Origin: Candidatus Poribacteria bacterium
Lineage (GTDB): Bacteria; Poribacteria; WGA-4E; WGA-3G
Reading direction: 5' to 3'
Length of the DNA: 64,000 bases
Assembly: GCA_965214095.1 (NCBI GenBank)
Contig: OZ243938.1
Span: 800,001 to 864,000 of the forward strand
Part shown: in pieces, positions 19,433-29,043 of the stretch
How the letters are laid out: every line of letters starts with the position of its first letter
Numbering within the stretch: position 1 is the stretch's first letter
Program-made: the position numbers and the translations under genes
The notes under the pieces: model-generated
Databases searched by the model: none
Told to the model about the DNA's origin: nothing
What the model saw: only the letters and a program-made list of their open reading frames with translations

Positions 19433-22331
19433 AATGGTAAAAGAAGCCTTAGATTCAATTAAGCAAGTAACTACTCGTAAGTATTTTTTCTCTCGTTTGG
19501 AAAATCCTAAGTGGCTCAAACCGCTTGCAGAAAGGAACTGTTTTGTATCACCACCAAAAACCCAACGGTTTGATGATGGAAACATTATATACCCATACTG
19601 GCACGAACTCACATATCTCAAAAACGTGTGCAATGAGAAACCCAATGAAGTTATCAATGTGGTGTTGGATCTTCCTGATACTGATAATCCTGCTATCTAT
19701 GACGGTATATTAGATATTGCCTTGGAACTTCCGGTAGAATACTCCATCAAACTAAAAGACAAAATACTTCACTATGCTGGGATGGAGCAACAATACCAAA
19801 CACATAGATTTGCGGATCTATTGGAGCATTGGATAAAAGAAAATCAAACTAATGCCGCTTATGAACTTGCGAAGATTCTCATTGCCTTTCAACCAGACCC
19901 GAGATCAGAAGAAAAACGGAATCAGCGTGACAATGCTAAAGATTGGCAGGATTTGGGAGGGACATCACTTTATCCTAAATCTAAATACAGACATTGGGAC
20001 TACTCAAACACAATGTCTAAAGGAATTCGTCCTTTTGCTGAAAGGGAACCTTTTAAAGTTGCCTGCCTCCTTTTTGATACTACAAAGGAAATGATTCTAC
20101 TTCGGATGCATCAGAATGAGCATGATAAAGAAGTAGATCATTCTGATGTTTGGTGTCCACGTCTTTATACACAGGATTATCACCACGAAGATCCTGAGAA
20201 AATACTGATTCATACACTGACTTATGCATGTGAGAAAGTATTTGAAAAATCACCCGATAACATTGAAGTTCTAGACCAAATGTTGCGAAAGAGACCTTGG
20301 ACAATTTTCAAACGCATTCGTCAGCATCTTTATGCCAAATACCCAAACGAACAGACTAGGGAGTGGATACGAGAACAAATCTTGACGCACGAGGGATATG
20401 GATCGTGGGAACACCGCTTTGAATTCCAACAGATGATACGATGTGCTTGTGAACATTTCAAAGAAACTTTACTAACGAAGGAAAAACTCACCGATATTCT
20501 TGATAAGATCCTTGATGGTCCATCAAAAGAAAATTATCGTCATTGGGTAGAAAAATGGGTAGGTCAGGAGTTCACCAAAGAGAGATACCAAGAACGTCAG
20601 CAACAATTCCATTGGATTCAACTAAAACCATTTGAATCTGTGCTATTCGGGGAATATGAAACTCGTTTCAATGAACTCCAGGTTAAATTCAACAAACCAA
20701 TCTCTGACGATGACTATCCCCTTTTTAAAGATAAATTTAAGACTGAAGAAGAATCTGAAAACAGACGACACAAACCAGAAGACCTTTCTAATCTCCCAGA
20801 TGAGGAAATACTTGAATTCATAAATGGGTGGGAAAAGAGTGAAGAATATAGTGGACAGAACTCTAATGAAGAAATTACCATTGAAAAACTTGCCGATGCT
20901 TTTCAAGCCGTCTTCAAAGATACCATCATGCCTGACCCTAACAGATTAAAGTTTTGGATGACAAACCGTGAACAGATTGAGAGACCTATCTACGTGCGTA
21001 TGATGATTTATGCAATGGAAGCACAGGTAAAAGAAAGGAACTTCAAACAACTCAAACAGTGGTTCACATTCTGCGAATGGGTGCTTTCACATCCAGACCA
21101 ACCGCACGAGACAGACTATTATCAAGGTGATGAATCTCAACAGGATAAGAACTGGTCTAACGCTCAACGTGCTGCTGGCGACTTTATCGGTGTATGTTTG
21201 ACAAAGGATGTTGATGTTCCTATTTCCGCAAGAAAAAAGTTAGCCAAACTACTGGATATGCTTTGCACCCAATATGACTGGAACCTGGATAACAACCTTT
21301 CAAGTAGATTAGACCGTAATGATCCGCTTATAGAAGGCATCAATAATACGCGAAGCAAAGCACTGGAAAGTCTTTTCAGATTTGGTATTTGGCTACAAAG
21401 ACATGAACCCGATTGTGAAGTTCCCGAAATAACAACGATTCTTGAAAAACGTTTCTCATCTGAATGTGCCTTCCCTTTGACATTGCCAGAGTATGCTATT
21501 TTGGGCAAGTATTATCCTACGATTTACAATTTCAATAAGAAATGGACAAAAAAACATAAATCAGATTTCTTTCCACAAAACAAACACGCAGAATGGGTTG
21601 CGGCATTTAGCAGTTTTTTCCTATGTAATGGTGTATATAAACCAATCTTTGAGATTTTAAATGACGACTTTATTATTGCCTTACAATATTTGTCAGATTT
21701 CAAAAAACATGACATGATATCACGGCACCCAGTTGATGTTTTCGGTGAACGCCTTTTTCACTATTATTTATTGGGAATGTTCCCACTTAAAGGACCAGAA
21801 AGTCTACTTGAACAGTTTTACTTGAATACTGAAAATGAGCCAGAACATCAGGCGAATGTGTTCAAGATAATCGGTGATCGCTTGGTGAGCACTGGAAAAG
21901 ATTTAGACCCAAAGATGAAAGACAAGGTAAAGTCATTCTTTAAATGGCGGCTTAGACAGTCAGAACCATCAGAACTCAAATATTTTACTGTTTGGTTAAG
22001 AGCGAAGTGTTTGGGAACTAAATGGAAACTGAAGTCGTATTCCAAAGTCATAGATGTTTGCGATGGTGATATAGACAATTGGGAAATATATCTAAGAGAG
22101 TTATGTGAAATGCTTCCAAACCACACCGCCAAGGTCGTTGAATGCTTTGCAAAACTTACCGATGGTATTCCTAATAGCAACATCTACATTCCACCAGAAG
22201 AAGCAAAGGCTATTCTAAAAGCGGGTTGTAACAGCACTGATACAGCCGTTATTGAGAATGCTAATCGTGCTGTTAAAAACCTACTCCTAGCTGATAAAAT
22301 GGAATTTATGGAGTTTGTGATGGTAACCTAA
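19404..22331 (+). CDS. Large hypothetical helical protein (candidate sensor/partner)
   Basis: 975-aa ORF with own SD AAGGAG (19393-19398) inside upstream gene; YFFSRLENPKWLKPL...YPYWHELTYL; no Walker motifs seen. Confidence 0.75.
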   Translation: MKSWTEPTDEMVKEALDSIKQVTTRKYFFSRLENPKWLKPLAERNCFVSPPKTQRFDDGNIIYPYWHELTYLKNVCNEKPNEVINVVLDLPDTDNPAIYDGILDIALELPVEYSIKLKDKILHYAGMEQQYQTHRFADLLEHWIKENQTNAAYELAKILIAFQPDPRSEEKRNQRDNAKDWQDLGGTSLYPKSKYRHWDYSNTMSKGIRPFAEREPFKVACLLFDTTKEMILLRMHQNEHDKEVDHSDVWCPRLYTQDYHHEDPEKILIHTLTYACEKVFEKSPDNIEVLDQMLRKRPWTIFKRIRQHLYAKYPNEQTREWIREQILTHEGYGSWEHRFEFQQMIRCACEHFKETLLTKEKLTDILDKILDGPSKENYRHWVEKWVGQEFTKERYQERQQQFHWIQLKPFESVLFGEYETRFNELQVKFNKPISDDDYPLFKDKFKTEEESENRRHKPEDLSNLPDEEILEFINGWEKSEEYSGQNSNEEITIEKLADAFQAVFKDTIMPDPNRLKFWMTNREQIERPIYVRMMIYAMEAQVKERNFKQLKQWFTFCEWVLSHPDQPHETDYYQGDESQQDKNWSNAQRAAGDFIGVCLTKDVDVPISARKKLAKLLDMLCTQYDWNLDNNLSSRLDRNDPLIEGINNTRSKALESLFRFGIWLQRHEPDCEVPEITTILEKRFSSECAFPLTLPEYAILGKYYPTIYNFNKKWTKKHKSDFFPQNKHAEWVAAFSSFFLCNGVYKPIFEILNDDFIIALQYLSDFKKHDMISRHPVDVFGERLFHYYLLGMFPLKGPESLLEQFYLNTENEPEHQANVFKIIGDRLVSTGKDLDPKMKDKVKSFFKWRLRQSEPSELKYFTVWLRAKCLGTKWKLKSYSKVIDVCDGDIDNWEIYLRELCEMLPNHTAKVVECFAKLTDGIPNSNIYIPPEEAKAILKAGCNSTDTAVIENANRAVKNLLLADKMEFMEFVMVT

Positions 22332-22387
22332 TCAATAAAGCATCTTTATACTCCAAATCTTCAAGAACTGAACATGAGGAATTAAAA

Positions 22388-22537
22388 ATGCCATACTGTT
22401 ACGTCTGTAGGCAATTTACTGATTATGAATATGATATTGCACTTTCCAACGGGGATTTTCTACATACCTCCTGTCTAATCAAGCTGCAAATCCGTGAAGA
22501 TGAGATTGAATCTATATTAAAGGTGCTTGACTATTGA
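22388..22537 (+). CDS. 49-aa CxxC..HxxC zinc-finger microprotein or truncated gene
   Basis: MPYCYVCRQFTDYEYDIALSNGDFLHTSCLIKLQIREDEIESILKVLDY*, SD GAGGA; below ORF-track cutoff. Confidence 0.45.
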   Translation: MPYCYVCRQFTDYEYDIALSNGDFLHTSCLIKLQIREDEIESILKVLDY

Positions 22538-22630
22538 TCGTGTGTTATAGGATTTAAACGCCACTTCACTCACTGTGGAAACTGTCAATTAACCAATTTA
22601 CCATAGGAATTATAGGTTGAAAGAAACAAA

Positions 22631-24232
22631 ATGAGACGATTTGGAACACAAGGTCCAGTTTATCCAGAAAAGCACTATGTCGTCAGTCGCAAGACAGAAC
22701 TAGATGATTTCATTGCGCGTATCAAAGATGGCAGGTATATCGTCATCTTTGCACCACGACAGACCGGAAAGACAACATTTTTTCGCAACGCACTTGAAGA
22801 AATAGCTGACAATGAACCAACTTATTTCCCAATATCCTTGAATTTTGAGGTATATAGGGACTGTTCTATCTCTGTTTTCTACGAAAATCTTCATCTTGAT
22901 ATATGTGAGGAAGTTGAATCCGTTTTGGAAAAAAGAGATGATTCAACCACAGATACACTTCGTCAATTTATGGATGATACAACTATAACTGACAACCTGA
23001 CAATGCAAAGATTCTTTAGGAAATTGGGAGAATATCTGAACACTGAATTTAATGTAAAGAGGGTTGTTCTGATTATTGACGAGTTTGATGGTATTCCAAA
23101 AGAAGTAGTAAAAGCATTTCTACATTCACTCCGTAGGATTTATCTTTCTAATCCAACAGATAGATGTCCCTACAGCGTTGGGATTGTCGGTGTAAAAAAC
23201 ATCGTGCAACTCAACTATGATCGCTCTATCTCTCCATTCAATGTTCAAGACGAATTTTATATTCCAAATTTCTCACTTGAACAAGTGCACGAATTGCTTG
23301 AACAGTACACAGAAGAAGTTGGACAAGAATTTGAATCAGAAGTAATAGAATCTATACATAAGCAAAGCGCGGGGCAACCTTTTCTTGTCAACCGATTAGC
23401 ACAAATATTGACGGATGAATTAGATATACCAAAAACCAAACCAATCACCATGGCTCATTTCACGCAAGCACATAATAAGCTGCTACATGAACGGAATACG
23501 AACATTGACCATCTGACAACAAACATCCGCAGAAATCCCCGTTTTGAAAGCCTCCTCATGAGAATAACTGCTTTTGATGATGGTTTACCTTTCAACCTAC
23601 GTGATGACCAAATCAGCGAACTTGCGACTTTTGGGGTAATAAAGCAAGGCAAAGATGGCATGTGTGAAATCGCAAATCCAATCTATTTCTATTGTATTAT
23701 ACAAACATTCAAACCGACTATAAATGGATTAGAACAGGAATATCTCCCAGAGGACACCCGAGATGGATTTCGGGATTACTTATCTGAGAACGGGAATATA
23801 AACATGCATGAATTGCTTGATAACTTCCGCGATTTCATTGCGCGTGTCGGATTTAGAGTTTTACAGGTACCAGACACGCCTCAAGAATCAGTTGGTCGTC
23901 ATCTACTCCTTGCTTATCTTGAGCAATTCGTTCTACTCGTGGGTGGATTCATGCACATTGAGGTACAAACCGGTCGCGGTAGAATGGATATTTTAATTAC
24001 ACATAATAGGAGAAAATATGTCGTTGAAACCAAAGTGTGGCGGGGTGAAGTAAGTTTTCAAAAAGGTAAACGCCAACTTGCATCATATCTCAGATCTGAA
24101 GGTGCCAATGAAGGATATTATGTAGTTTTTGATCATCGCACAAAACCAGTACATATTACCGAAAACAGCACTGTAGAAGGATTTGACATTAGAAGTTATG
24201 TAATACCTGTGATTCAACAAAAGCATACTTGA
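22631..24232 (+). CDS. AAA-like P-loop ATPase with C-terminal PD-(D/E)XK nuclease domain
   Basis: Walker A APRQTGKT, Walker B LIIDEFD, C-terminal E...GRMDI...VVETK...QL..Y. Confidence 0.85.
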   Translation: MRRFGTQGPVYPEKHYVVSRKTELDDFIARIKDGRYIVIFAPRQTGKTTFFRNALEEIADNEPTYFPISLNFEVYRDCSISVFYENLHLDICEEVESVLEKRDDSTTDTLRQFMDDTTITDNLTMQRFFRKLGEYLNTEFNVKRVVLIIDEFDGIPKEVVKAFLHSLRRIYLSNPTDRCPYSVGIVGVKNIVQLNYDRSISPFNVQDEFYIPNFSLEQVHELLEQYTEEVGQEFESEVIESIHKQSAGQPFLVNRLAQILTDELDIPKTKPITMAHFTQAHNKLLHERNTNIDHLTTNIRRNPRFESLLMRITAFDDGLPFNLRDDQISELATFGVIKQGKDGMCEIANPIYFYCIIQTFKPTINGLEQEYLPEDTRDGFRDYLSENGNINMHELLDNFRDFIARVGFRVLQVPDTPQESVGRHLLLAYLEQFVLLVGGFMHIEVQTGRGRMDILITHNRRKYVVETKVWRGEVSFQKGKRQLASYLRSEGANEGYYVVFDHRTKPVHITENSTVEGFDIRSYVIPVIQQKHT

Positions 24233-24253
24233 AGAAACGCTTATATTTACCAT

Positions 24254-24283
24254 TGTTGGAGAGGTTTCTAACCCCGACTCCTA
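24254..24283. repeat. Degenerate REP-like sequence
   Basis: GGAGAGGTTTCTAACCCCGACTCC shares the GGTTTC(C)TAACC core with REPs at 17409 and 28765. Confidence 0.35.
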
Positions 24284-24379
24284 TGACTTCATATATGTGT
24301 GAGAGATTATTGTAGTATTCTTTTAAATTTCCATGCAAAGAAATATACGAAAAAATCAAATCTCAGTACATAAATATAA

Positions 24380-24408
24380 TTGACTTTCATACCACATTTC
24401 GTTATAAT
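24380..24408 (+). promoter_or_regulatory. Near-consensus sigma70 promoter
   Basis: TTGACT-17nt-TATAAT, 27 nt upstream of ATG 24436. Confidence 0.75.
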
Positions 24409-24435
24409 CAATTCAAAATCTGTTAGGAAGAGAAT

Positions 24436-24768
24436 ATGCAAACAAAAGAAGAACTATACGACATTGCTTTAACACATTTCGCAGATAATGATCTTGACGC
24501 AGCAGTCAAGACATTTGAAGAACTCATTGAGACATATCCTGACTACATTGAGGGTTATCTCGGATTAGGGCATGCCTATGAGCGACTCAGCAAGTACGAT
24601 GAAGCTATTGAAGCGGTGCAAAAAGCGATTGAAATCAACCCGAATGATCCACTCGCATATACAAGTTTATCCATCTGTTTCCAACGCAAAGGCATGATTC
24701 AGGAAGCTGAAGATGCAATGGCAAAATCGCAAGAGATTCAAATGAAAACAAATGATGAAGTGCCTTAG
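24436..24768 (+). CDS. TPR protein
   Basis: About 3 TPR units (YLGLGHAY...A...A.EINP.DPLAY). Confidence 0.85.
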   Translation: MQTKEELYDIALTHFADNDLDAAVKTFEELIETYPDYIEGYLGLGHAYERLSKYDEAIEAVQKAIEINPNDPLAYTSLSICFQRKGMIQEAEDAMAKSQEIQMKTNDEVP

Positions 24769-24896
24769 TTAACAATCTCACTGCTTTAGTTGTGGTGTTC
24801 GGTCAAACAGGTGGCAATAAAGTGGATGTGGATGGCGATGGCGTTGTCAATATCAAAGATCTCGTCTTGGTAGCCGCTGCGTTTGGGAGGAGTTAG
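24768..24896 (+). pseudogene. Dockerin type I-like domain remnant
   Basis: Reads VNNLTALVVVFGQTGGNKVDVDGDGVVNIKDLVLVAAAFGRS*, with a DxDGDGxVNxxD Ca-binding loop; no convincing start. Confidence 0.7.
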
Positions 24897-24897
24897 T

Positions 24898-25419
24898 ATG
24901 AGAATTAATTTATTGTCCCGCACATTGTCTATCGTGCTTCTAATCACGATAATAACATTTGTCCGACATAGTGCCGCACTCGCTCAACAACAGACCTCTG
25001 ACAGTGCTCTGGCGGTGTTAGATGCTCAACGAGATGCTAAAGATGATGTGAATATTACGTTATGGGCAATTGTTGGTTTAATAAGTGCTCCCAGTTGCAC
25101 ATTAGTGGGCATCATCACTGGATTAAGTATCGGTATTCCACCACCTTCACAATCCCATGATGATGAGGGGATGCATCTTCCCGTAGACAAAGTAATAAAA
25201 GGGGCATGCATTGGTTCAATAGTTGGTTGGTCAGTTCCACTCATCCCAATATCCACGTATAAGTTAGGTCCAGCACCCCAACGCCTCATCGGAAAGTCCC
25301 CTGAATATGTCTACAGGTACACGAAAACTTACAAGTCAAAGCTTAGACAACTTAGAATTAAATCGGCAGCAAGTGGGGCTTGTGCTGGATGTTTCCTTTT
25401 GACCGTATTTACACGGTAG
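24898..25419 (+). CDS. Hypothetical secreted/membrane protein (paralog of 17513-18022)
   Basis: ATG 24898 after GGAGG; signal peptide; DAQRDA..D, PQRLIGKSPEYV..Y...Y. Confidence 0.7.
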   Translation: MRINLLSRTLSIVLLITIITFVRHSAALAQQQTSDSALAVLDAQRDAKDDVNITLWAIVGLISAPSCTLVGIITGLSIGIPPPSQSHDDEGMHLPVDKVIKGACIGSIVGWSVPLIPISTYKLGPAPQRLIGKSPEYVYRYTKTYKSKLRQLRIKSAASGACAGCFLLTVFTR

Positions 25420-25463
25420 CTCATTTAAGTAAATGATAAGGATGTCGTAAAATAGGATTGACT

Positions 25464-25991
25464 ATGGAAAATTATACCTTATTAAATCCCACTTCTCAAG
25501 GCGAGACAGCAGAGAAATTCCTCGCACCACGTCTTGAGAATCTTGACGGTAAAGTAATGGGATTACTTGACATAACAAAAAACGGAAGCGATGTATTCCT
25601 TGACCGTGTCGAAGAATTGATACGTGAACGTTTTAATATTACTGATGTCGTACGTGTCAAGAAACCTACATTCTCTCGTCCCGCTCCGACTGAATTACTG
25701 ATTAACCTTGCGGAACAAGTTGATTTCGTTGTTGAAGGTCTTGCTGACTGAGGGTCCTGCATTTCGTGCAGTATGCACGATGGTAGTGTTTTAGAGGAAC
25801 GCGGTGTCCCAAGTGTAGCGGTGTGTACAGAGGTGTTTTTCTCTGCTGGAAAAGTTCAGGCACGCGTACTTGGCTATAGTGACTTAGAACCGCTCACCGT
25901 TGAACATCCAATTCAAAGTCTTACAAAGGAGCAAATTCGCATTCGTGCTGATGGCATTGTTGACAAAATAGTAGATCGGTTAACGCAATAG
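25464..25991 (+). CDS. UGSC-family selenoprotein (in-frame UGA = Sec at 25749-25751)
   Basis: ORFs 25458-25751 and 25773-25991 are in the same frame; readthrough gives EGLAD-U-GSCISCSMHD (UxxC). Confidence 0.9.
25759..25782 (+). promoter_or_regulatory. Putative bacterial SECIS element
   Basis: Perfect hairpin TCGTGCA-GTA-TGCACGA (25764-25780) starting 13 nt after the UGA, with G in the apical loop. Confidence 0.6.
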
Positions 25992-26004
25992 CGTTTTGAG
26001 AATC

Positions 26005-26044
26005 TCAGACACATTCAGGCAAACAGAATTCTGAATGTGTCTGA
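26005..26044. terminator. Bidirectional terminator-like hairpin between convergent genes
   Basis: 14-bp perfect stem TCAGACACATTCAG / CTGAATGTGTCTGA. Confidence 0.65.
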
Positions 26045-26054
26045 AATTGGAAAG

Positions 26055-28643
26055 TCATTCATTTTCTATACTGAAGACAAACACATCATCTGCGTAATCC
26101 ACGACAATTGCATCACCATCGTGAAACTTACCTTCAAGCATATCGATTGCTAATGGGTTTAGAATATCGCGCTGAATTGTGCGGCGAAGTGGTCTGGCAC
26201 CATAGACAGAATCAAAACCACGATTCACCAATTCTGCTTTCGCTGAATCTGTAAGCGTGAGTGTCATATCCTTTTCAGCGAATCGGACACTCAGTTTAGA
26301 AAGTTCCAATGACACAATCTCTTTCAATTCTTCAACACCAAGGCGATCAAAGATAATCAAGTCATCCACACGATTGAGGAATTCAGGTGGAAAATGTGTT
26401 TGCAGAGCATCCATTACCTTACTACGGATTTCTTCTTTTGTCAGATGAGTATCACTAATCCACTGACTTCCGATGTTTGATGTCATAATGACAACCGTAT
26501 TCTTGAAGTCTACATTTCGTCCCTGTCCATCAGTCATTCTGCCATCATCAAGCATCTGAAGAAGCACATTAAAAACTTCAGGATGTGCTTTCTCAACTTC
26601 ATCAAGAAGGATAACACAATATGGATGTCGTCTAACCGCTTCAGTTAACTGTCCACCTTCATCATATCCAACATAACCGGGTGGGGCACCAATGAGTCTT
26701 GATACAGTGTGCTTCTCCATATATTCACTCATGTCTATACGAATCAAGGCATTGACATCATCAAATAGAAACTCCGCAAGAGACTTTGCAAGATGTGTTT
26801 TTCCAACTCCCGTAGGTCCCATAAATAGAAATGAACCGAGAGGACGATCCGGATCTCCAAGCCCCACTCGTGATCTTCGAATTGCATTGGATACTGCCGA
26901 AACAGGTTCATCTTGACCTATCACCTGTTCTCGCAACCTTTCCTCCATCTGTAGTAATTTCTGTGTCTCACCTTCCATCAGTCTGTAGACAGGAATACCT
27001 GTCCATTTAGCGACAATCTCCGCTATATCCTCCGCACTTACCCGTTCCTTTAACAAGTGTGTACCGTTTCCATTCGCTTCTAATTCTTCTCGCAGAGAAT
27101 TGAGTTGTGCTTCAAGTTCAGGTATTTTACCGTATTCAATTTCGGAAGCAGTCGCAAGATTACCAGTACGTTTGGCTTGTTCTGATTCAATACGAAGTGA
27201 CTCCATCTGTTCCATGAACTCACGCATCTGCATCAGATCTGCTTTTTCGTTCTGCCATCCAGCTTTAAGTGCATTGACCTTTTCTTTTAACTCAGCAAGT
27301 TCAAGATTTAACTTTTCTAATCGTTGTTTTGAAACGTCATCATCCTCTTTTTCCAACGCTTGTTGTTCAATCTGAAGTTGGATGATACGGCGTTCAACTT
27401 CATCAATCACCTCTGGCACACTATCTATCTCAATTCTCAAACGTGATGCAGCTTCATCAACCAAATCAACTGCTTTATCCGGAAGGAAACGGTCTGAGAT
27501 ATAACGTTTTGACAAAGTTGCAGCAGCCACTATAGCATTGTCCTGAATCTGAACACCGTGGTGTGTTTCATATCGTTCCTTCAATCCACGAAGAATGGCA
27601 ATTGTATCCTCCACTGAAGGTTCGTGGACTTGAATAGGTTGGAAACGTCTCTCAAGTGCAGCATCTTTTTCAATATGTTTTCGGTATTCATCAAGTGTAG
27701 TTGCTCCTATACACCTTAATTCACCGCGTGCTAACGCAGGTTTGAGCATATTGGATGCATCCACTGCTCCTTCTGCAGCACCCGCTCCGACAATGGTATG
27801 CAGTTCATCAATAAACAGCACGACTTCACCTGCAGCCTGCTCCACATCAGCGAGTACAGCCTTGAGCCTGTCCTCAAATTCACCACGATATTTGCTGCCT
27901 GCAATAAGTGCACCTATATCAAGTGCGATGAGTCGCTTATGACGTAGACTTTCTGGTACATCACCATCAGCAATACGTTGTGCTAATCCTTCAACAATAG
28001 CGGTTTTCCCAACACCTGGTTCTCCAATAAGTACTGGATTATTTTTCCTTCGTCGTGACAATACTTGCATGACACGTCTGATTTCATCATCCCGTCCAAT
28101 AACCGGATCAAGTTTACCAGACATTGCATCTTGTGTCAGTTCTCTGCCAAATCGTGTCAGTGCTTGGTACTTATCCTCTGGATTTTGATCGGTTATACGC
28201 TGCGTGCCGCGAATATCAACAAGAACCTTAAGTATTTTCTCTTTTGTTGCACCTACATCACGTAGTATTTTACCAACATCGCTTTGCTTTGTTTCTGCAC
28301 AAGAAATCAGTAAATGTTCAGTGCTTACATATTCATCTTTTAAAGTAGAGGCTTCTTTCTGTGCCATCTCAAGTACTGACTGAAGTGCCGATGAGATATG
28401 AATGTCTGTGCTTGCCCCTTGCACTTTTGGCGATTTCTGGATTATTTGCAATAGTGATGAAGTTATTCCTTGAATATCTACACCTAATTTTTGCAATATC
28501 GGTGTAACGATACCATCTGTCTGTTTAATCAAAACAATCAACAGGTGTTCAACACTGAGTTCAGGATTCTGTTGTTCACTCGCTAAGGTTTGTGCCGATT
28601 GTAATGCTTCTTGAACTTTTATTGTAAATCTATCAAGTCTCAT
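26055..28643 (-). CDS. clpB: Chaperone ClpB
   Basis: Start MRLDRFT after SD AAGGAG; two AAA+ modules ([16 protein letters not shown]), coiled-coil M domain, YGARPLRR. Confidence 0.97.
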   Translation of the reverse strand: MRLDRFTIKVQEALQSAQTLASEQQNPELSVEHLLIVLIKQTDGIVTPILQKLGVDIQGITSSLLQIIQKSPKVQGASTDIHISSALQSVLEMAQKEASTLKDEYVSTEHLLISCAETKQSDVGKILRDVGATKEKILKVLVDIRGTQRITDQNPEDKYQALTRFGRELTQDAMSGKLDPVIGRDDEIRRVMQVLSRRRKNNPVLIGEPGVGKTAIVEGLAQRIADGDVPESLRHKRLIALDIGALIAGSKYRGEFEDRLKAVLADVEQAAGEVVLFIDELHTIVGAGAAEGAVDASNMLKPALARGELRCIGATTLDEYRKHIEKDAALERRFQPIQVHEPSVEDTIAILRGLKERYETHHGVQIQDNAIVAAATLSKRYISDRFLPDKAVDLVDEAASRLRIEIDSVPEVIDEVERRIIQLQIEQQALEKEDDDVSKQRLEKLNLELAELKEKVNALKAGWQNEKADLMQMREFMEQMESLRIESEQAKRTGNLATASEIEYGKIPELEAQLNSLREELEANGNGTHLLKERVSAEDIAEIVAKWTGIPVYRLMEGETQKLLQMEERLREQVIGQDEPVSAVSNAIRRSRVGLGDPDRPLGSFLFMGPTGVGKTHLAKSLAEFLFDDVNALIRIDMSEYMEKHTVSRLIGAPPGYVGYDEGGQLTEAVRRHPYCVILLDEVEKAHPEVFNVLLQMLDDGRMTDGQGRNVDFKNTVVIMTSNIGSQWISDTHLTKEEIRSKVMDALQTHFPPEFLNRVDDLIIFDRLGVEELKEIVSLELSKLSVRFAEKDMTLTLTDSAKAELVNRGFDSVYGARPLRRTIQRDILNPLAIDMLEGKFHDGDAIVVDYADDVFVFSIENE

Positions 28644-28681
28644 TTTTTTCTCCTTGAACACATCATTTTTAAATACAATCA

Positions 28682-28698
28682 AGCAATAACTGTGCCAA
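28682..28698 (-). promoter_or_regulatory. Sigma-54 (-24/-12) promoter of clpB
   Basis: Minus strand TTGGCACAGTTATTGCT matches TGGCAC-N5-TTGC about 40 nt upstream of ATG. Confidence 0.8.
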
Positions 28699-28729
28699 TC
28701 ATATTTGCTGATTCTGGAAAAATTGACAT

Positions 28730-28867
28730 TATAGTGATATGTAAAAATACGTGCACATTCCGCGGTAGATGCGGTTTCCTAACCGCATCTATGAGACAGA
28801 ACAAACACCGGTTCGGTTAGGAAACCGAACCTACCGTCGTGTGTAAATAATTATGGTTTTCACTATA
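28730..28867. mobile_element. MITE-like element carrying an intact REP doublet (REPIN-like)
   Basis: Ends TATAGTGA / TCACTATA; internal CGGTAGATGCGGTTTCCTAACCGCATCT ... GGTTCGGTTAGGAAACCGAACCTACCG at 28763-28836. Confidence 0.75.
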
Positions 28868-28958
28868 TTAGATGACAGATGATATAAAAATCCGATTTGT
28901 ATAAGACATTTGTGTCCGATATTCTGCCAAATTGACATTGTTATTATAGATGATTTTC

Positions 28959-28996
28959 AAAAAATAAAAGCACGGTAGCAAGAAACTACCGTGCTT
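28959..28996 (-). terminator. Rho-independent terminator of LamG genes
   Basis: 11-bp stem AAGCACGGTAG/CTACCGTGCTT followed by T-rich tail on minus strand. Confidence 0.75.
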
Positions 28997-29043
28997 AAAG
29001 ATTGTACTTAGATAAGTTAAGTATCTCAATGTCTAAGTGTTAT

